Shown here: positions 63,235 to 64,000 of the stretch, one piece after another
Numbering within the stretch: the stretch's first letter is position 1
Layout of the letters: each line of letters begins with the position of its first letter
Source of the DNA: Planctomycetota bacterium
GTDB lineage: Bacteria > Planctomycetota > PLA2 > JAEUHO01
DNA length: 64,000 nucleotides
Assembly (NCBI GenBank): GCA_965223505.1
Contig: CBDCWP010000039.1
Span: 288,001-352,000 of the forward strand
Direction: 5' to 3'
The notes under the pieces: generated by a model
What the model was told of the DNA's origin: nothing
Seen by the model: only the letters and a program-made list of their open reading frames with translations
Databases searched by the model: none
Program-made: the position numbers and the translations under genes

Positions 63235-64000
63235 GGGAGCGTCTCCGCGAGATTTGGCGGTCTCTGAAGCGAGAGCGCGGCGCGATGTTGGGCCTCGGCC
63301 TGCTGGTGATCGTGCTGCTCATGGCGTTCTGCGCGCCGTTGGCGCCGTACGGCCCGAAGGAGAGGGATACGAGCGTCGGCACCGCCGGTCCGTCGTCGGC
63401 GCATCTGCTCGGAACGGATGCCAGCAGCTACGACGTCTTCTCCCGCTTGCTCTACGGCGCGCGGACGTCGTTGCTCACCGGTCTGGCCGCGATCATGTTG
63501 GCGTTGCTGATCGGCGTACCGATGGGGGCGTTGAGCGGATACGCCGGCGGCTGGGTCGACGGGTTGCTCATGCGCACCGTGGATGTGATGCTCGCGTTCC
63601 CGAGCGTCGTGCTCGCCATCGCCATCGCGACCATGCTCGCGGACCGCACCGTGACCACGGTGATCATCGCGGTCGGGATCGTGAACATCCCGACCGTGGC
63701 GCGGCAGGTGCGGGGGTCGGTCCTGCAGGTGCGCGAGCAGGACTACGTGCTCGCGGCGCGTTCGTTGGGCTACAGCCCGCTGCGGATCATCGCGAAGCAC
63801 GTGCTGCCGAACTGCGTCGCGCCGATCATCGTCCTCTCGACACTGGGCGTCGGGTACGCGATTCTCTCCGCCGCCGGATTGAACTTCCTCGGCTTGGGGC
63901 CGGAAGCGCGCGTCGCGGAGTGGGGCGTGATGCTGGGCGAGGTGATGAAGCACATTCGCCAAGACGAATGGTGGATTTACGTTCCACCGGGCGTCGCGAT
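63231..64000 (+). CDS. Peptide ABC transporter permease (DppC/OppC), 3'-truncated by window edge
   Basis: HLLGTD...DVFSRLLYGARTSL, DYVLAARSLG, HVLPN, FLGLG...EWG.ML; ATGA overlap. Confidence 0.93.
   Translation, partial: MRERLREIWRSLKRERGAMLGLGLLVIVLLMAFCAPLAPYGPKERDTSVGTAGPSSAHLLGTDASSYDVFSRLLYGARTSLLTGLAAIMLALLIGVPMGALSGYAGGWVDGLLMRTVDVMLAFPSVVLAIAIATMLADRTVTTVIIAVGIVNIPTVARQVRGSVLQVREQDYVLAARSLGYSPLRIIAKHVLPNCVAPIIVLSTLGVGYAILSAAGLNFLGLGPEARVAEWGVMLGEVMKHIRQDEWWIYVPPGVA

Overview
High-GC (~70% by eye) bacterial chromosome segment, most likely from Planctomycetota. This is inferred from the groEL-groES-groEL-dnaJ-grpE-FmdB-yacG operon and the prenyltransferase/squalene-oxidase-repeat and VIT/vWA secreted proteins. 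The backbone is housekeeping: prfB, purH, rnc, mfd, rpsT, def, ribF, asnB, chaperones, queE, der and a dpp/opp-type ABC transporter. It is dotted with GTAG-type REP palindromes and (TCGGGN)n hexamer arrays. A ~9.8 kb island (17653-27444) is integrated in tRNA-Phe(GAA) and bounded by an exact 45-bp direct repeat. It carries a tyrosine integrase and an unknown operon: two tandem ~110-aa beta-rich paralogs, a CCxxC-headed protein broken by a ~180-bp duplication, and a lipoprotein with a G10 tract. It also carries a four-gene transposon with TWO DDE transposases, an AbiTii-like remnant, and a 522-bp transposase-less cassette with 25-bp TIRs and a perfect 8-bp TSD. Other notable items: an apparently circularly permuted family-5 ABC substrate-binding protein, RNase III with a ~220-aa disordered tail, a sigma54-type promoter for the chaperone operon, and many apparently leaderless genes. 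All family assignments are by motif recognition from memory; no searches were run.
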